A stretch of DNA of 64,000 bases from an uncultured cyanobacterium. GTDB taxonomy: Bacteria; Cyanobacteriota; Cyanobacteriia; Phormidesmidales; Phormidesmidaceae. The translations under genes were made by a program, and so were the position numbers. The stretch is from contig CAWBZI010000005.1 of assembly GCA_963793265.1 (NCBI GenBank), positions 32,001 to 96,000 on the forward strand, written 5' to 3'. The notes below the pieces were generated by a model. It was given only the letters and a program-made list of their open reading frames with translations. It had not been told where the DNA came from and searched no databases. This document shows positions 62,408-64,000 of the stretch, piece by piece; within the stretch, counting starts at the first letter, position 1, and each line of letters begins with the position of its first letter.

Positions 62408-63964
62408 TTAGCTATTGCCACTACCGAGCAGGAACAGCCCGATCATCGTGACGCTGTTCCAAGTGCTATGGAGCAGGATAGAAGACAGGAGATTTTGCGA
62501 TCGCACATAAGCAAACCCCAAAATCGCACCCAACACCGTCAGCGGCAGCACCTCCGAAAAGCTCAGGTGCGCCGCTGAGAATATCAGGCTACTCAGACCA
62601 ATCGCGCCCCAAATCGGCATGTAGCGGGTCAGTGACGGCAGCAAAAAGCCTCTAAACAAGATTTCTTCAAATACGGGAGCGGCCACCGCTGCGGTAAAGA
62701 AGAACATACCGAGCGCCACCGGATCGCGCTCCTCTAGCACAAGCTGCAAAATTGGATTGTTACCACCTTGGCCCTGCCAAATCTGCTGATTAAGTAGCGA
62801 GATCCCCAACATTAGCGGCAACGCCACTAAGTAGCTACCAAAGCCCCACAGCGGCCATTTGCTTGCCAGCTTCACCCGAAACCAGTCTTTAGGCAAAGGC
62901 AAGTAGGGCTTGATAGACCAGTACAGTACGCCTATCGTACTTGCCGCCATCAGTAGATAAAACACCAGCGAATACAGCGCTCTGCCTCGGCTAGTGAGTC
63001 CTAAAATTAGGCCAGAATGAACAAATGCCACTTCGGGCACCACCGTTAGGGCCCCACGCGCCGATAGCCCTAGCTGTATCACCAGCGGCAGCGCGATTTG
63101 GCCGACGAACAAGAAACCGCCGACCACGACCTGCCAAACTATCTCCCAGTCCCAGGGCACTTCCCACTGGCCTTCAGGCACGGCTAACAATGACTCTTTT
63201 CCTTTAAGCACTCGCTGACCAACTAAGGCAATAATGCCTGCTGAGCCCAGTAGCCCGCCGAATGAAGGCAATAGCCCTACTGCACTGAGCTGAATAAGCG
63301 TACGTTCGGCCAGCGATCGCTCCTCAGCCTCTAACTGCGCTAGCTTTTCGGTATCATCTTCTACTGTGTACAGACGTTTCAAGTCAACGTAGCGATACCA
63401 ACCTTTGAGCCGCTGCGTAATGGTATCTTCTGTTTGCGATCGCACAATCGGCGGTGACTGCCATAAATCAGTCAGAACGCCTGCCACTGCCGCAATATCG
63501 CTTTGTTTAGCACTCTGCCTATCCGCTAAGCGCTGCCAGGTTGTGATCGCCTCTTCCACCTTTCCCTGCTGCGCTCGCACTACGCCCAATCGCAAATCTA
63601 ACTGATCAATCAACTGCTGCTGCGATTGAGCTGTCGTCACAAGCTGCGGCTTGTCGTCAGGCGATGACTTGATCTCGTTTTGCAATCGTACTAAACCGGT
63701 TGCGGCATCTTTACGAACTTCCTGATACTGCTGAATCGCGGCGTCAAGAGCATCGCCGCCAAACACCGCATTGCGAAACTGCTGCACCTCATTTTCGGGT
63801 AGACCGCTGCCGTCCCACTCGCTCGATTGCACCAGTAGATCAGTTTGGTAGAGCTGAAGCCGGTTGCCGACTTGCGGCTCGCCTAAGCTGCTTATGAGCG
63901 ATGCGCCCATCTCCAGCGCCACAATGAAGGTGAGAATAGAGAGGACAATACGCTTGGGGGTCAT
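62408..63964 (-). CDS. CPBP (CAAX protease-like, Abi) intramembrane metalloprotease
   Basis: APVFEEILFRG, F...H, LH..WN motifs; N-terminal TPR-like region. Confidence 0.92.
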   Translation of the reverse strand: MTPKRIVLSILTFIVALEMGASLISSLGEPQVGNRLQLYQTDLLVQSSEWDGSGLPENEVQQFRNAVFGGDALDAAIQQYQEVRKDAATGLVRLQNEIKSSPDDKPQLVTTAQSQQQLIDQLDLRLGVVRAQQGKVEEAITTWQRLADRQSAKQSDIAAVAGVLTDLWQSPPIVRSQTEDTITQRLKGWYRYVDLKRLYTVEDDTEKLAQLEAEERSLAERTLIQLSAVGLLPSFGGLLGSAGIIALVGQRVLKGKESLLAVPEGQWEVPWDWEIVWQVVVGGFLFVGQIALPLVIQLGLSARGALTVVPEVAFVHSGLILGLTSRGRALYSLVFYLLMAASTIGVLYWSIKPYLPLPKDWFRVKLASKWPLWGFGSYLVALPLMLGISLLNQQIWQGQGGNNPILQLVLEERDPVALGMFFFTAAVAAPVFEEILFRGFLLPSLTRYMPIWGAIGLSSLIFSAAHLSFSEVLPLTVLGAILGFAYVRSQNLLSSILLHSTWNSVTMIGLFLLGSGNS

Positions 63965-64000
63965 GGAATCGGGGATCTGGGTGAACGGGGGCGGCGATCG

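Larger units (their letters stand above)
1440..64000. repeat. HIP1 (GCGATCGC) highly iterated palindrome, dispersed throughout the window
   Basis: Many tens of exact copies (e.g. 1440, 35890, 37455, 57900, 58375); none seen in 27000-28920. Confidence 0.95.

Noticed and set aside
1..64000. CRISPR arrays, tRNA/rRNA genes, IS elements, prophage
   Set aside because: No repeat-spacer arrays, cloverleaf or rRNA signatures, transposase or phage structural motifs were recognised

Overview
This is 64 kb of a cyanobacterial chromosome: dense HIP1 GCGATCGC octamers plus pcyA, psaK, psb30, ebsA and mgdA, consistent with a Leptolyngbya/Phormidesmis-like filamentous strain (taxonomy is an inference). Most of it is core genes (gpmI, secG, gmk, mutS, mnmG, ffs SRP RNA, thiD, ftsZ/ftsQ, coaD-cdv3-ruvA, yajQ, ispD). 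Accessory blocks are interspersed: a GH63 glucosidase, a two-kinase/one-receiver signalling cluster, a DUF4347-cadherin-acetylesterase protein with an RTX-like partner, two tandem sensor kinases beside a secreted repeat peptide, a small nuclease/HicAB islet and a divergently split hicB/hicA pair. No CRISPR array, tRNA, rRNA or transposase was seen. Three genes carry single frameshifts, which may be sequencing errors. The most notable observations are: (i) G/C skew flips polarity at HIP1 sites; (ii) a ubiquitin-like protein ending in GG sits next to a 33-codon remnant of a deleted giant DUF4132-type partner gene; (iii) hicA and hicB are divergent, each with its own operator-like site and extended -10; (iv) an 18-aa-repeat secreted peptide lies beside kinases whose linkers differ by 35-aa units. 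All family calls come from motif recognition by eye; no database searches were run.
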